DNA of 64,000 nucleotides from a virus: IMG/VR virus record IMGVR_UViG_3300045988_178038, positions 1 to 64,000 of that record; one strand, 5' to 3'. Shown piece by piece: positions 6,911 to 15,606 of this stretch (position 1 is its first letter; each line of letters starts with the position of its first letter). The notes under the pieces were generated by a model. It saw only the letters and a program-made list of their open reading frames with translations, ran no database searches and was not told where the DNA came from. The position numbers and the translations under genes were made by a program.

Positions 6911-7564
6911 ATGAAGCCTTCTTTTGAACTGGTTGCCTCTATTATTGATGAGCTTATTGAAGATACTGATTATGGTAACATTTATGATTATGTTTTTGAC
7001 GGTGCTAGTGATATTAGTTGTTGGTTTTACGAGGTAGAGAACTATACTCATTTTGAGATGGCACACGGCTATACAAAAATTGTCATTGAAAGCAATAAAT
7101 TAGGTGATTGGGTTTTGAAAATTCCCATCATCAGGAAAAGAAAAGATTTTTGCGCAATCGAAGTTGCTAATTATAAAGCCGCCTGTGAGGCTGGACTTGA
7201 GAGATTTTTTGCTCCTACTTTTTTCTTTGCTGAAATTTCAAATATTTCAGTTTATATTCAGAAAAAAGTTTATTGCTGCGAAAGTGATGTTAGTGATAAC
7301 TTCTATGATTGGACTGCTCGGCAGATGGAAGAAAGTCGCTACGAGTATGATACCGATGATGAATTTGATGACGCCGTTTATGAAGAGGCTTCTAATCTAA
7401 CCACCCAGAGTTCTTTGCGCGCGATGTTTGAAGAAACAAATAACCTTGAAGATATTGATAAGCTTTATCGTTTTTGTAACAAATTTCATATCAACGACCT
7501 TCATTCTGGAAATTACGGCTTTGATAACGGCCGTGCGGTTATCATAGATTTCTCTGGTTTCTAA
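6911..7564 (+). CDS. hypothetical protein, possibly protein-kinase-like / phosphotransferase fold
   Basis: C-terminal HINDLHSGNYGF...AVIIDFSGF resembles the HxDLHxxN catalytic loop plus the (I/V)DF Mg site of APH/kinase-like enzymes; WVLKIP and E(V)ANY lie upstream. Confidence 0.4.
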   Translation: MKPSFELVASIIDELIEDTDYGNIYDYVFDGASDISCWFYEVENYTHFEMAHGYTKIVIESNKLGDWVLKIPIIRKRKDFCAIEVANYKAACEAGLERFFAPTFFFAEISNISVYIQKKVYCCESDVSDNFYDWTARQMEESRYEYDTDDEFDDAVYEEASNLTTQSSLRAMFEETNNLEDIDKLYRFCNKFHINDLHSGNYGFDNGRAVIIDFSGF

Positions 7565-7635
7565 TTTTTAGAGAACACTAAAGAAAAATCCACTTTAGAT
7601 TAAGGCTCTATTGATTTCGTCGAAAAGGAGGAAAA

Positions 7636-8190
7636 ATGAAAGTAAGAAAAGTGATTATTGCTTTGATACTTTCTTTTCTTCTCTTCTCTAACACAAGCGC
7701 GCACTACCTCAAAGAGATTGAGACAACGGCACGCGCGCAAATAGCAATTACACAATGTGAACTACTAAAAATTTCAAATAAAGTTATTTTGGATGCATTC
7801 CAAATTCCAAGCGTTCCTGCTAATGGCGAAATGCCAAAAAGTGGGGAAGAAATAGAGAAAGAAGAAAATGAAATTGAAATTCTAGCAAAATTATTGTTTT
7901 GTGAAGCGGGCGCGACTTCCTGGGATTGTCAAGTTTACGTTTGTTCTGCCATTCTAAATCTATCAGAATATACTGGACGTTCAATCTGGGATATCGCGCA
8001 TGATATCAATACTATGGCGGTTGCACCATATGTTGATTATGCTAATCCGCTCCCTACGCAGTATAATATAATTGAATATGTGATGGGAGAAGGAAAGATT
8101 GAAGGAGTAATGTTCTTTAGAACAAGTTATTATCATCCTTTTGGAACACCAATTTGTTCTATTGATAACGTTTATTTTTCTTCTCCATAA
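7636..8190 (+). CDS. secreted cell-wall hydrolase, SleB-like (Hydrolase_2) domain
   Basis: N-terminal signal peptide (KVIIALILSFLLFSNTSA); LAKLLFCEAGATSWDCQVYVCSAILN matches the SleB-type motif. Confidence 0.55.
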   Translation: MKVRKVIIALILSFLLFSNTSAHYLKEIETTARAQIAITQCELLKISNKVILDAFQIPSVPANGEMPKSGEEIEKEENEIEILAKLLFCEAGATSWDCQVYVCSAILNLSEYTGRSIWDIAHDINTMAVAPYVDYANPLPTQYNIIEYVMGEGKIEGVMFFRTSYYHPFGTPICSIDNVYFSSP

Positions 8191-8199
8191 GGAGGGACA

Positions 8200-8949
8200 A
8201 TGAATCAAATTATTTTACCTCATGGTAATGGCGCGCCAGGTATTTCAAATTTGCCAGAGTACGGTCTTGGCGTAGATACAAAAAATTTTTTGCTCTACTA
8301 TAGAAAAAATAATGAAATAGTGCCAATCAATGCGCCTGCGCAAATTTTTATCTCAGGAAGTGAACCAACTGGCGATAAAGATATGATTTGGTTTGATGAT
8401 AGCGCGCAAGAAGAAATTTACTTTATGAAAATAAAGAGGAAAGGAGCTTCAGAATGGTTTACTCCGCTAACCGATTTGGTTAGTGGGACTTCTGGAATTT
8501 TGAGAATAAACAAAGGTGGAACTGGTAAAAGTTCTTGGACTCAAGGTCAGATAGTTTATTCTCCTAATGGAAGTTCTCTTGGACAAATTCCAAATAAAGC
8601 TGGTGCGTTATATTGTGATGGTTCAGAGCCACCTAAGTTTGGGACTTTGCCTATTATAAGAGGAGGCACTGGTGCAACTTCTAAAAGTGGCGCGCAGAAA
8701 AATCTAGGAATTCAATATGGTACAGCTAGTATTACAACTAAAATATCTGGTTCTAATTCTACTGCCAGTGTAACTTTTCCGACTGCATTTTCATCTGTAC
8801 CGAAAGTTATTGTCAGCCAAGTATTCAATGATAAAAATATCGTGATACTAAAAGATAATATTAGTGCTACTGGTTTTACTGCTAGTCTTGAAAGTGGTTT
8901 TTCTAGTGTGGTAACTAGGAAATTTGATTGGTTAGCAATCTCAACATAA
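8200..8949 (+). CDS. tail-fibre-like protein with C-terminal H-type-lectin-like domain
   Basis: Two GGTG(A/K)(T/S)S motifs typical of phage fibres; C-terminus VTFPTAFSSVPKVIVSQ...ISATGFTASL...FDWLA. Confidence 0.5.
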   Translation: MNQIILPHGNGAPGISNLPEYGLGVDTKNFLLYYRKNNEIVPINAPAQIFISGSEPTGDKDMIWFDDSAQEEIYFMKIKRKGASEWFTPLTDLVSGTSGILRINKGGTGKSSWTQGQIVYSPNGSSLGQIPNKAGALYCDGSEPPKFGTLPIIRGGTGATSKSGAQKNLGIQYGTASITTKISGSNSTASVTFPTAFSSVPKVIVSQVFNDKNIVILKDNISATGFTASLESGFSSVVTRKFDWLAIST

Positions 8950-9581
8950 GTTCAAAGGAGGCGAGAAAAATTTCTACTTCAACTACGCCCTCTAATTTGG
9001 TAATAAATAAATTTCCAAATAGAGAAGTTTATGAAAAGATAAAAGCGAAGGGTAGTCTCGGCGAGGATGATGTAAATGTCTTGGAGGACTATGGTTATAC
9101 GTTGACTGAGACTGATAAGACGGAGATCGCTGGTAAAGTTATAGCCGATGGGACGGAGTTCACGCTTTCAGAGTTTCCGACGGCACTGAAAAACCCACAT
9201 GCTCTGACGTTTACAGGCGCGGCGACGGGGACTTACGATGGCTCTGCGGCTCTGACGGTAAACATTCCGGCGGGCGGGGCCTCCGGCTCCGGCGGAGCAC
9301 TCAAGGCGATGAGCGCCGTGAGCGGGTACATCGGCATCCCCGCGGCGGAGCTGCCGGAAAACGGCATGGTGTGGATGTGCTTCGGTTCCGGCGATAGCAT
9401 GGAGCTGTATACCGGTACGGTGACGATCCAGGATGCTGGGATCGCAGTTAACGATATGCTTGTGATCACAAACGGGATAGTAAACCCGCTCAATCAGGTA
9501 TCGTGGGTCCGCGATGGACTCGCGATATACGGACTCTCGACGAGTAACTACCGTGGCGTGTACATGGTCACAGGCGGATAG
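8928..9581 (+). CDS. tail-fibre protein, chimeric (AT-rich 5-prime end, GC-rich 3-prime two-thirds); start uncertain
   Basis: Motif LKNPHALTFTGAATGTYDGS is shared with minus-strand ORF 12758..13246; no ATG near the AAGGAGG at 8953; composition switches near 9050-9100. Confidence 0.5.
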   Translation: MVSNLNISSKEARKISTSTTPSNLVINKFPNREVYEKIKAKGSLGEDDVNVLEDYGYTLTETDKTEIAGKVIADGTEFTLSEFPTALKNPHALTFTGAATGTYDGSAALTVNIPAGGASGSGGALKAMSAVSGYIGIPAAELPENGMVWMCFGSGDSMELYTGTVTIQDAGIAVNDMLVITNGIVNPLNQVSWVRDGLAIYGLSTSNYRGVYMVTGG

Positions 9582-11560
9582 GAGGGCATATGGGCATCAC
9601 AAAACTCAAGGATATTGATGCGAGCGGGCTGAGCGAGCTGGTGGGACTCTACGTTGAGGTGGTAAGCGATGGCGACTAAGGTACTGGTAAAGGATGGAAA
9701 GCTTGCGACGTATGGGGGCAAGGTAGTGAAGGTGGAGGCGACGGGCGCGGAGGCTATCGAGTGGCATCAGTGTCCGGAGCCGGTGCGGAACTATCTGGCA
9801 AACGTGACCTATGATCCCGGCGACTACAGCACATCTCAAATCGCCAATTATGCGCCAGCGACAGCAGTTGTGAGCAATTACAAGCCCATCGGGCAGACGG
9901 TTGGCGGTGTGACGCGCTACAATGAGGTGCCGAACGTTCTGACGCCTTTCGCGTCAGGTGGAAAAGCCGGAACGCTAAAACCGCTGGATGCCTTGCGTTG
10001 GATACGCACATCGGCCGGGGCAACCGCTTGGAACGTGCGTGACCTTGGCGGATGGGCATGTGATGGCGGTACGGTAAGGTATGGATTGCTGTTTCGCGGC
10101 GGAAAGCTGGCGGCGGCTGACCGGGCCGTGCTCGTCGGCGAGCTGGGCATCCAGCATGATCTTGATCTCCGTGGCCGTGAAGGCGGGGGAGCGGACGACG
10201 AGCCGAGCATGACAGCCTCCCCGCTGGGCGGCGACGTGTGGTACACACGCACACAGCAGTATGCATGGTACGCTCTGACGCCGGTAACGACATGGCAGAC
10301 TTACCTCCGCTGCGTAATCGACGCAGTGACGCATCGGGAGCCGGTATATTTTCACTGCACCGCAGGTGCAGATCGTACTGGTACGTTGGCCTGTATGCTT
10401 GAGGGGTTGCTCGGCATGAGCCAATCGGACATCGACAAGGATTATGAGCTGACTACATTTTATTCCGGCTCCGGGTCGGATGCGACTGCACGGAGGCGCA
10501 ATGAATCAGACTGGAAGGGGCTTATCAATGCGATCAACGCCGTTTCCGGCGACACATTCCGTGACAAGTGCGTACACTTTGCCGTAGGAACGTGCGGGAT
10601 GTTGATGACCGATATCAACGCCTTTCGCGCGGCCATGATCAGCGGGACGCCTGAGACGCTGCACTGGTATCAGACGATCACCAAAAATCTCACAGGCTGC
10701 ACAATCAGCAACGCCGCGTCTCAGGTGGATTACGGCGAGGCGTACACCGCAACCATTGCGGCGGAAAGCGGAAAGACAATCACGTCCGTAGTGGTCAAAA
10801 TGGGCGGCGTGGATATTACGGCCACGGCTTATACGGCCAGCAACGGTGCAATCAACATCGCCAAGGTGACGGGAGCGGTCGTAATCACTGCGGCTGCCTC
10901 TGCGCCGTCTGTGACTTACAACATCACGCGCAACCTCACCAATTGCGCATCGTCCAACACGGCGGACACCATCGCCGAGGGCGCGGCCTACACCACGACG
11001 CTCTCTCCGACTGGCACATACAAGAAGCTGGGTGCAATCATCGTCACAATGGGCGGGGTGGACATCTCCGCTTCGGCGGTGTCCGGTAGTACCGTGAGTA
11101 TTACCAAGGTTACTGGTAATATCGCAATTACTTGTGCTGCAGTCGTCACAAACATCATTGATACTATCGGAATATCTGCGGATACGCGGCTGAGTACGTC
11201 GAGTGGCGCGAACAGAACGCAGGTAGGATATGCGGCTATCGGCGCGAACATGGACGCATCGAGCCTGATCCATCTGAAAGCGGGAGATACGCTCCGCATC
11301 AAGGGCGCAAGCCTCCCTGCGTCGAATGATAGTTACAGCGCAATCGCGTTGCACAATGCAAGCGGAACGTTCAGCACATCGACATATCTGCATAACGGGC
11401 TTACTTGGAATGGCATGACGTTTAACAATGCTGGAGATAGCGTCGTCGTAACTGCTGCTGGAGAACATTATTTCCGCGTTTCCATGATTTGCACTGATGC
11501 TTCAAAGGTCGTGGCGACAATTAACGAGGCGATCGAGTAAGGAGGAGCGATCATGATAGT
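9050..11560. other. GC-rich compositional island (likely horizontally acquired receptor-binding cassette)
   Basis: Abrupt change from AT-rich to clearly GC-rich sequence and codon usage; ends right after the stop at 11540; long antisense shadow ORFs typical of high-GC DNA. Confidence 0.65.
9669..11540 (+). CDS. tail-fibre/receptor-binding protein: tyrosine-phosphatase-like (Y_phosphatase3-type) domain, two Ig-like repeats, C-terminal binding domain
   Basis: WNVRDLGG and VYFHCTAGADRTGT (CX5R P-loop), DKDYELT; two repeats of about 85 aa (..MGGVDITATAYT..KVTGAVVITAAA / ..MGGVDISASAVS..KVTGNIAITCAA). Confidence 0.75.
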   Translation: MATKVLVKDGKLATYGGKVVKVEATGAEAIEWHQCPEPVRNYLANVTYDPGDYSTSQIANYAPATAVVSNYKPIGQTVGGVTRYNEVPNVLTPFASGGKAGTLKPLDALRWIRTSAGATAWNVRDLGGWACDGGTVRYGLLFRGGKLAAADRAVLVGELGIQHDLDLRGREGGGADDEPSMTASPLGGDVWYTRTQQYAWYALTPVTTWQTYLRCVIDAVTHREPVYFHCTAGADRTGTLACMLEGLLGMSQSDIDKDYELTTFYSGSGSDATARRRNESDWKGLINAINAVSGDTFRDKCVHFAVGTCGMLMTDINAFRAAMISGTPETLHWYQTITKNLTGCTISNAASQVDYGEAYTATIAAESGKTITSVVVKMGGVDITATAYTASNGAINIAKVTGAVVITAAASAPSVTYNITRNLTNCASSNTADTIAEGAAYTTTLSPTGTYKKLGAIIVTMGGVDISASAVSGSTVSITKVTGNIAITCAAVVTNIIDTIGISADTRLSTSSGANRTQVGYAAIGANMDASSLIHLKAGDTLRIKGASLPASNDSYSAIALHNASGTFSTSTYLHNGLTWNGMTFNNAGDSVVVTAAGEHYFRVSMICTDASKVVATINEAIE

Positions 11561-11609
11561 TTGTACATCAAGAAGTAAATGATATACAAAATATTTCCTT
11601 TTCAAAAAT

Positions 11610-11638
11610 TTGAAAAATTCTCAAAATTATGCTATATT
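11610..11638 (+). promoter_or_regulatory. class A promoter
   Basis: TTGAAA 11610-11615, 17 bp, TATATT 11633-11638, then ATCTATAGAAAATAAAA. Confidence 0.55.
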
Positions 11639-11667
11639 ATCTATAGAAAATAAAAGAAGAAAGGAGT

Positions 11668-12438
11668 GTGAAAAAAAACTTGGCAAAAGCTAGTGACATT
11701 ATAAAACTCGCAAAAACTTACGTCGGAACAAAAGAGTCTCCTGCGAATTCTAACAACGTAGTGTTCAATACTCACTACTATGGCCGTGAAGTATATGACG
11801 GCCTGTGGGGCTGCTCATTCCCTTGGTGCGCTACATTTGTTTGGGACATTTTCCGAATGGCTGGAGCTTCTAGTCTTTTCTATTATGGAAAGAAAACTGC
11901 CAGTTGCTTCGCTATCCAATCATGGGGCCAACAACAAAAGCTCCTAGTCCGTCGAGATGGTGGCCAATGCGGCGACATCGTTCTTTTTGACTGGAATGCT
12001 AATGCGCAACCTGACCACGTTGGGCTTATTATTTCTCATAACGACGATGGCTCTTATCAAACCATTGAAGGCAATACTTCGGTTACTAGTAATTCAAACG
12101 GTGGTGAAGTCCAAATTAGAACTCGCCCGAAGTCTTGTATTATGATGATTATTCGTCCGAAGTATGAAGCAGAGACTTCTAATCCAACCCCAACACCAGT
12201 AAAGGAGGAGAAAGTAAACGTGGAACTACCAGTCCTAAAGAAAGGCAGCAGCAATAAGTCTGTCCACGCTGCGATGGTTCTAATGAAGGAAAAGGGATAT
12301 TATCCATATACAATTCCTGCTTGGGACAATCTTTTTGGCGCGAAGATGGAAGAGGGTGTAAAGAGGATGCAGAAGGAGCATCGTCTTGGCGTTGATGGCA
12401 TTATCGGCGCGAACTCCTGGAACTTCCTTCTAAAGTAA
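11668..12438 (+). CDS. endolysin: CHAP amidase/peptidase domain + C-terminal PG_binding_1 domain
   Basis: FPWCATFVWDIF (catalytic Cys), PDHVGLII (His), IEGNT; C-terminal HRLGVDGIIGANSW; start GTG 11668 or TTG 11680. Confidence 0.8.
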   Translation: MKKNLAKASDIIKLAKTYVGTKESPANSNNVVFNTHYYGREVYDGLWGCSFPWCATFVWDIFRMAGASSLFYYGKKTASCFAIQSWGQQQKLLVRRDGGQCGDIVLFDWNANAQPDHVGLIISHNDDGSYQTIEGNTSVTSNSNGGEVQIRTRPKSCIMMIIRPKYEAETSNPTPTPVKEEKVNVELPVLKKGSSNKSVHAAMVLMKEKGYYPYTIPAWDNLFGAKMEEGVKRMQKEHRLGVDGIIGANSWNFLLK

Positions 12439-12444
12439 ATATAG

Positions 12445-12482
12445 AAAAGCCCCGAAGACTTAATTGTCTTCGGGGTTTATTT
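12445..12482. terminator. bidirectional intrinsic terminator between convergent genes
   Basis: GCCCCGAAGAC/GTCTTCGGGGT stem (12449-12459/12466-12476) flanked by an A-run and a T-run; the stop of the minus ORF lies in the loop. Confidence 0.75.
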
Positions 12483-12723
12483 TATTCCATAGCTCATCCA
12501 TTTTTTTTGCACAACAATAATCAACCCAAAACCAATGGAAGATTAGTTCGATTACGTGTTCTGTGTCAGGAAAATTTTCAGCGACCCGGCGCACCATTTG
12601 ATCTGCGAATTCCTCTATTGGAGTATCATAGAGATTTAGATGAGTTTCGTTTGCTACGCATTCTATCCAAAGATAGAAAGAATAAATGTCTTGGACAATG
12701 GAGAAAAATTGGTCTTTTTTCAT
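12460..12723 (-). CDS. hypothetical protein (87 aa)
   Basis: Track ORF 12460..12768 shortened to the ATG at 12723 behind GAGGAAAA. Confidence 0.5.
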   Translation of the reverse strand: MKKDQFFSIVQDIYSFYLWIECVANETHLNLYDTPIEEFADQMVRRVAENFPDTEHVIELIFHWFWVDYCCAKKMDELWNKINPEDN

Positions 12724-12757
12724 TCGTTTTCCTCGGTAGAAGAAGTTTGAGCTGCCA

Positions 12758-13246
12758 TTATGTTGCATCGGCCTCCGTCCAAGTTTTTATTGTAATTGTC
12801 GCGCCGCCTCCACTAGAGGAACCGGGCGCAGTATAAAGTAGGCCATTTGCGTCTACTCCAACAGATTGTGTCATTGTGTCAGTTTTTTCAACTGGTTTTA
12901 CTCCTCCTAGAACAGACGCAGATGCTGTTGGGAGAGTATAATCCGCTGGAACTTTTGTTATTTGGTCAAGGATAGATTTATTAGAGTGAGAGTGGCGCGC
13001 CTTTGTATTAGCATTGACGTCGGTTGTCATGGGTACAGTGATTGTTTTTTCTTCACTACCATCATAGGTTGTGGTAGCCGCGCCTTGGGTTATTTTTATA
13101 GAGTAGGGATTTTTTAGAGAAGTTGGTATTTGAACATTTTCTAGATCAATAATTGAGTCTTGAATTTCGTTGAGATTTTGCGCGGTTATTGCCGTCTCAC
13201 GCGAGACATATATTCGTTTTGTAAGTGCCATTTTAGATAAAATCAC
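12758..13246 (-). CDS. tail-fibre-like protein (162 aa)
   Basis: LKNPYSIKITQGAATTTYDGS motif shared with 8928..9581; GGxxP, HSHSNKSILD typical of fibre proteins. Confidence 0.55.
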   Translation of the reverse strand: MILSKMALTKRIYVSRETAITAQNLNEIQDSIIDLENVQIPTSLKNPYSIKITQGAATTTYDGSEEKTITVPMTTDVNANTKARHSHSNKSILDQITKVPADYTLPTASASVLGGVKPVEKTDTMTQSVGVDANGLLYTAPGSSSGGGATITIKTWTEADAT

Positions 13247-13327
13247 CTCACAGATAGCTTCTTTCTTTTAGAAGTAGAAAATTATCTGTGAGGCTTGACA
13301 TTATTCAGTTATTTTATCGACCAAGAG

Positions 13328-14014
13328 TTATGCTCCTGTGTAGTTGTAATTGATTGTTGCATTGGTTGCACCCCAGGGGGCATTAGCCACAGTGCCTTCT
13401 GCCCATGGAACATTGATTGTAGTGAGATTTGTGCAGCCTTCGAAAGCATCTGCCGCGATTGTAGTTGGTGTTCCTTGGAATGTTAGAGCTGTTAAGCCGG
13501 TACAATTATAGAATGCCTGGGCGCCTATTGTCTTTATGCCAGCTGGTATATTTGCCAAAGTTAGTGATTTACAACTAGAAAATACCATCGAACCAAGTTC
13601 AGTCAATCCATTTGGGAGTTTTTCAGTATTGAATGCCAAGCACGCCTGAAAAGCATTGCTATCGATGATTGTAATAGTATCTGGAAGATTAACAGTTGCT
13701 ATTTGGTCACAATGGTCGAATGCTTGCGGAGCAATTTCTGTGACATTATTTGGTATAGTGACTTGAGTCAAATAACTACTATATCTGAAGACACTTTGAC
13801 GAATTTTTGTACAGCCATGAACAATAGCAGAGACAAGATTATCGCTATCGTCATATGTTTCTTCGATATAGGTTGCAGGGGCTTTTTGAATATTGCCGAT
13901 TGCCGTTGCAAAGCCTGTAGGAAAGGTCAATTGGGCAGAATCGCCAGTCTTTGTGCGTATCGCATTGGCAACAGATGTGAGGTCGGAGCTAGTTACAATA
14001 TATGTGTCTGCCAT
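13328..14014 (-). CDS. BspA-type leucine-rich-repeat (LRR_5) protein
   Basis: Repeating F..C..L..I.IP..V..I...AF..C units of about 23 aa (VTIPNNVTEIAPQAFDHC, VNLPDTITIIDSNAFQAC, etc.). Confidence 0.7.
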   Translation of the reverse strand: MADTYIVTSSDLTSVANAIRTKTGDSAQLTFPTGFATAIGNIQKAPATYIEETYDDSDNLVSAIVHGCTKIRQSVFRYSSYLTQVTIPNNVTEIAPQAFDHCDQIATVNLPDTITIIDSNAFQACLAFNTEKLPNGLTELGSMVFSSCKSLTLANIPAGIKTIGAQAFYNCTGLTALTFQGTPTTIAADAFEGCTNLTTINVPWAEGTVANAPWGATNATINYNYTGA

Positions 14015-15606
14015 TAGAAGTTCACCCCATTCGCATTGCTGAGTGCCAGCGTGAGTTGGCCTTGGTCGTTGAATTTGATTGTTGTTCCGTCGACAGGGAT
14101 AGCTTTGATTGAGTCGTCAACGTATTTCTTGGTAGTAGGGTGATAATCTAATGTTGGGGTGAATGCTGTAGTGTTTGTCGTTGTAAGAACATTGACCGCT
14201 TTCCAAGATGTTGGTTTACCATTAGAATCGACACTAGAAATTTCAGCAATTTGCCCAACTTGAGAGTTGCTGAGATCAAGAGGATTGGTTAGATCAGAGA
14301 CATAGTGTTCATTCCATGGACCATGGAATGAACCAGCTACATCTTGGCAATATATTTCAGTTGCTACGAACCCATTCGAAGCAGTTTGTGCATTACTTGA
14401 TCCTGCAAAAAGCATCCAATATTTTTTGTCATTAGCAGGACTACTAACATTATAATGTACCAATACTTGACCATTATTAGTAAGCACTCGCCTACCAGAA
14501 GCGGCTGCATTGCAAATTGTCTCTGCGTTAAAGTTAGTATACAGTTGACCTCTTTCGTTTCTGAGAGTAATAACTAATGGCTCATCATTCAGCTTAATTT
14601 CCTTATCCATCACGACAGTGTCTGCTGCTCCGTTTTGGCCTTGAGTGATTTTAAGGCGCTTGTAGATGCCGTTAGAGACAGTTGAGAAATAGAAAGATAT
14701 AATATTGGATGAGTCCTTTTCACCAGTTTCAAAGTGGTAGGTTTCGCCGTTATAGTACAGAGGGCAAATGAATTGAGCTCTGGTTGGGTTATTTGACATA
14801 AATAATTCGGCAAATAATTCAACAGTGTTTGTCGGGTCACATACAAGCGTTTCATTGTTAGATTTGGTAACCATCACGGATCTAATGATAGGAAGGCCGA
14901 TTTCTCCACTGTCTGCAAGCTCAAACTTAATGACAGATGAGTTGGCATGGTAAGACATAGTTACATATGTAGCAACTGGCACAGCACCACCGAATCCTTC
15001 AGGGACCATGTTTTTATCAAAGATAATAGGATGCACGGAAGCCATGCCCATATAAACCTCTGTAATTTCTCCGCGACTATTTTTAAGTATATTTAAAGTA
15101 TTCGGAAGCACAAGGCCTTCATTAAAAGACATAGCATAGTCATTCGGATTCTTGCTCTTTGCAACAGCTGCCTTGACTTCATCCCAGGTTCGATCAGTGG
15201 ACCAGGTTTTGGTATCTGAGTCATAAGTTGGGGTGATGATAAAGAGAGAATTGCCTCCACCGCCTTCAAAAGTCCAGGTGATTGGAGTCATTTCTTTTGT
15301 TGACCGATTACAAGTAAAGGTTCCATGTTTTCCTGTTTGAGTAATAATACTAAGAGTATAAGTTGGACGTTCACTGTTATATACTGTATTTTTATGATAC
15401 ATCAGTATTGGGAAGTCTACATCCTGAACACCAAGAAGATTTTTTATTTCATCAGAGGCGCCACGGAAATTTGCTATAAAATCTCCTTCGTCTGCATAAA
15501 AACAGGAATTTAGAATGATATCTGGAGTTAGCTTATAGTACGAACGTACTTGTTTTTTGTAGTTAATCTGCCGTTTTGTTCTCCAGAACCAAGTACCTGA
15601 TAGCAT
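14014..15606 (-). CDS. tail-fibre/receptor-binding component (530 aa as in track; probably expressed as a fusion or from an unclear start)
   Basis: No RBS before ATG 15606; overlaps the upstream ORF by 79 nt in the -1 frame; ATGA overlap with the downstream LRR gene. Confidence 0.55.
   Translation of the reverse strand: MLSGTWFWRTKRQINYKKQVRSYYKLTPDIILNSCFYADEGDFIANFRGASDEIKNLLGVQDVDFPILMYHKNTVYNSERPTYTLSIITQTGKHGTFTCNRSTKEMTPITWTFEGGGGNSLFIITPTYDSDTKTWSTDRTWDEVKAAVAKSKNPNDYAMSFNEGLVLPNTLNILKNSRGEITEVYMGMASVHPIIFDKNMVPEGFGGAVPVATYVTMSYHANSSVIKFELADSGEIGLPIIRSVMVTKSNNETLVCDPTNTVELFAELFMSNNPTRAQFICPLYYNGETYHFETGEKDSSNIISFYFSTVSNGIYKRLKITQGQNGAADTVVMDKEIKLNDEPLVITLRNERGQLYTNFNAETICNAAASGRRVLTNNGQVLVHYNVSSPANDKKYWMLFAGSSNAQTASNGFVATEIYCQDVAGSFHGPWNEHYVSDLTNPLDLSNSQVGQIAEISSVDSNGKPTSWKAVNVLTTTNTTAFTPTLDYHPTTKKYVDDSIKAIPVDGTTIKFNDQGQLTLALSNANGVNF

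Noticed and set aside
9233-11468. Long minus-strand ORFs inside the GC-rich cassette (9233..9493, 9606..9839, 9754..10293, 9917..10252, 9975..10424, 10506..11468, 10988..11302)
   Set aside because: These are typical antisense shadow ORFs of high-GC coding DNA. They are Arg/Pro/Ala/Ser-rich nonsense with no RBS. The plus-strand ORF has clear domain motifs.
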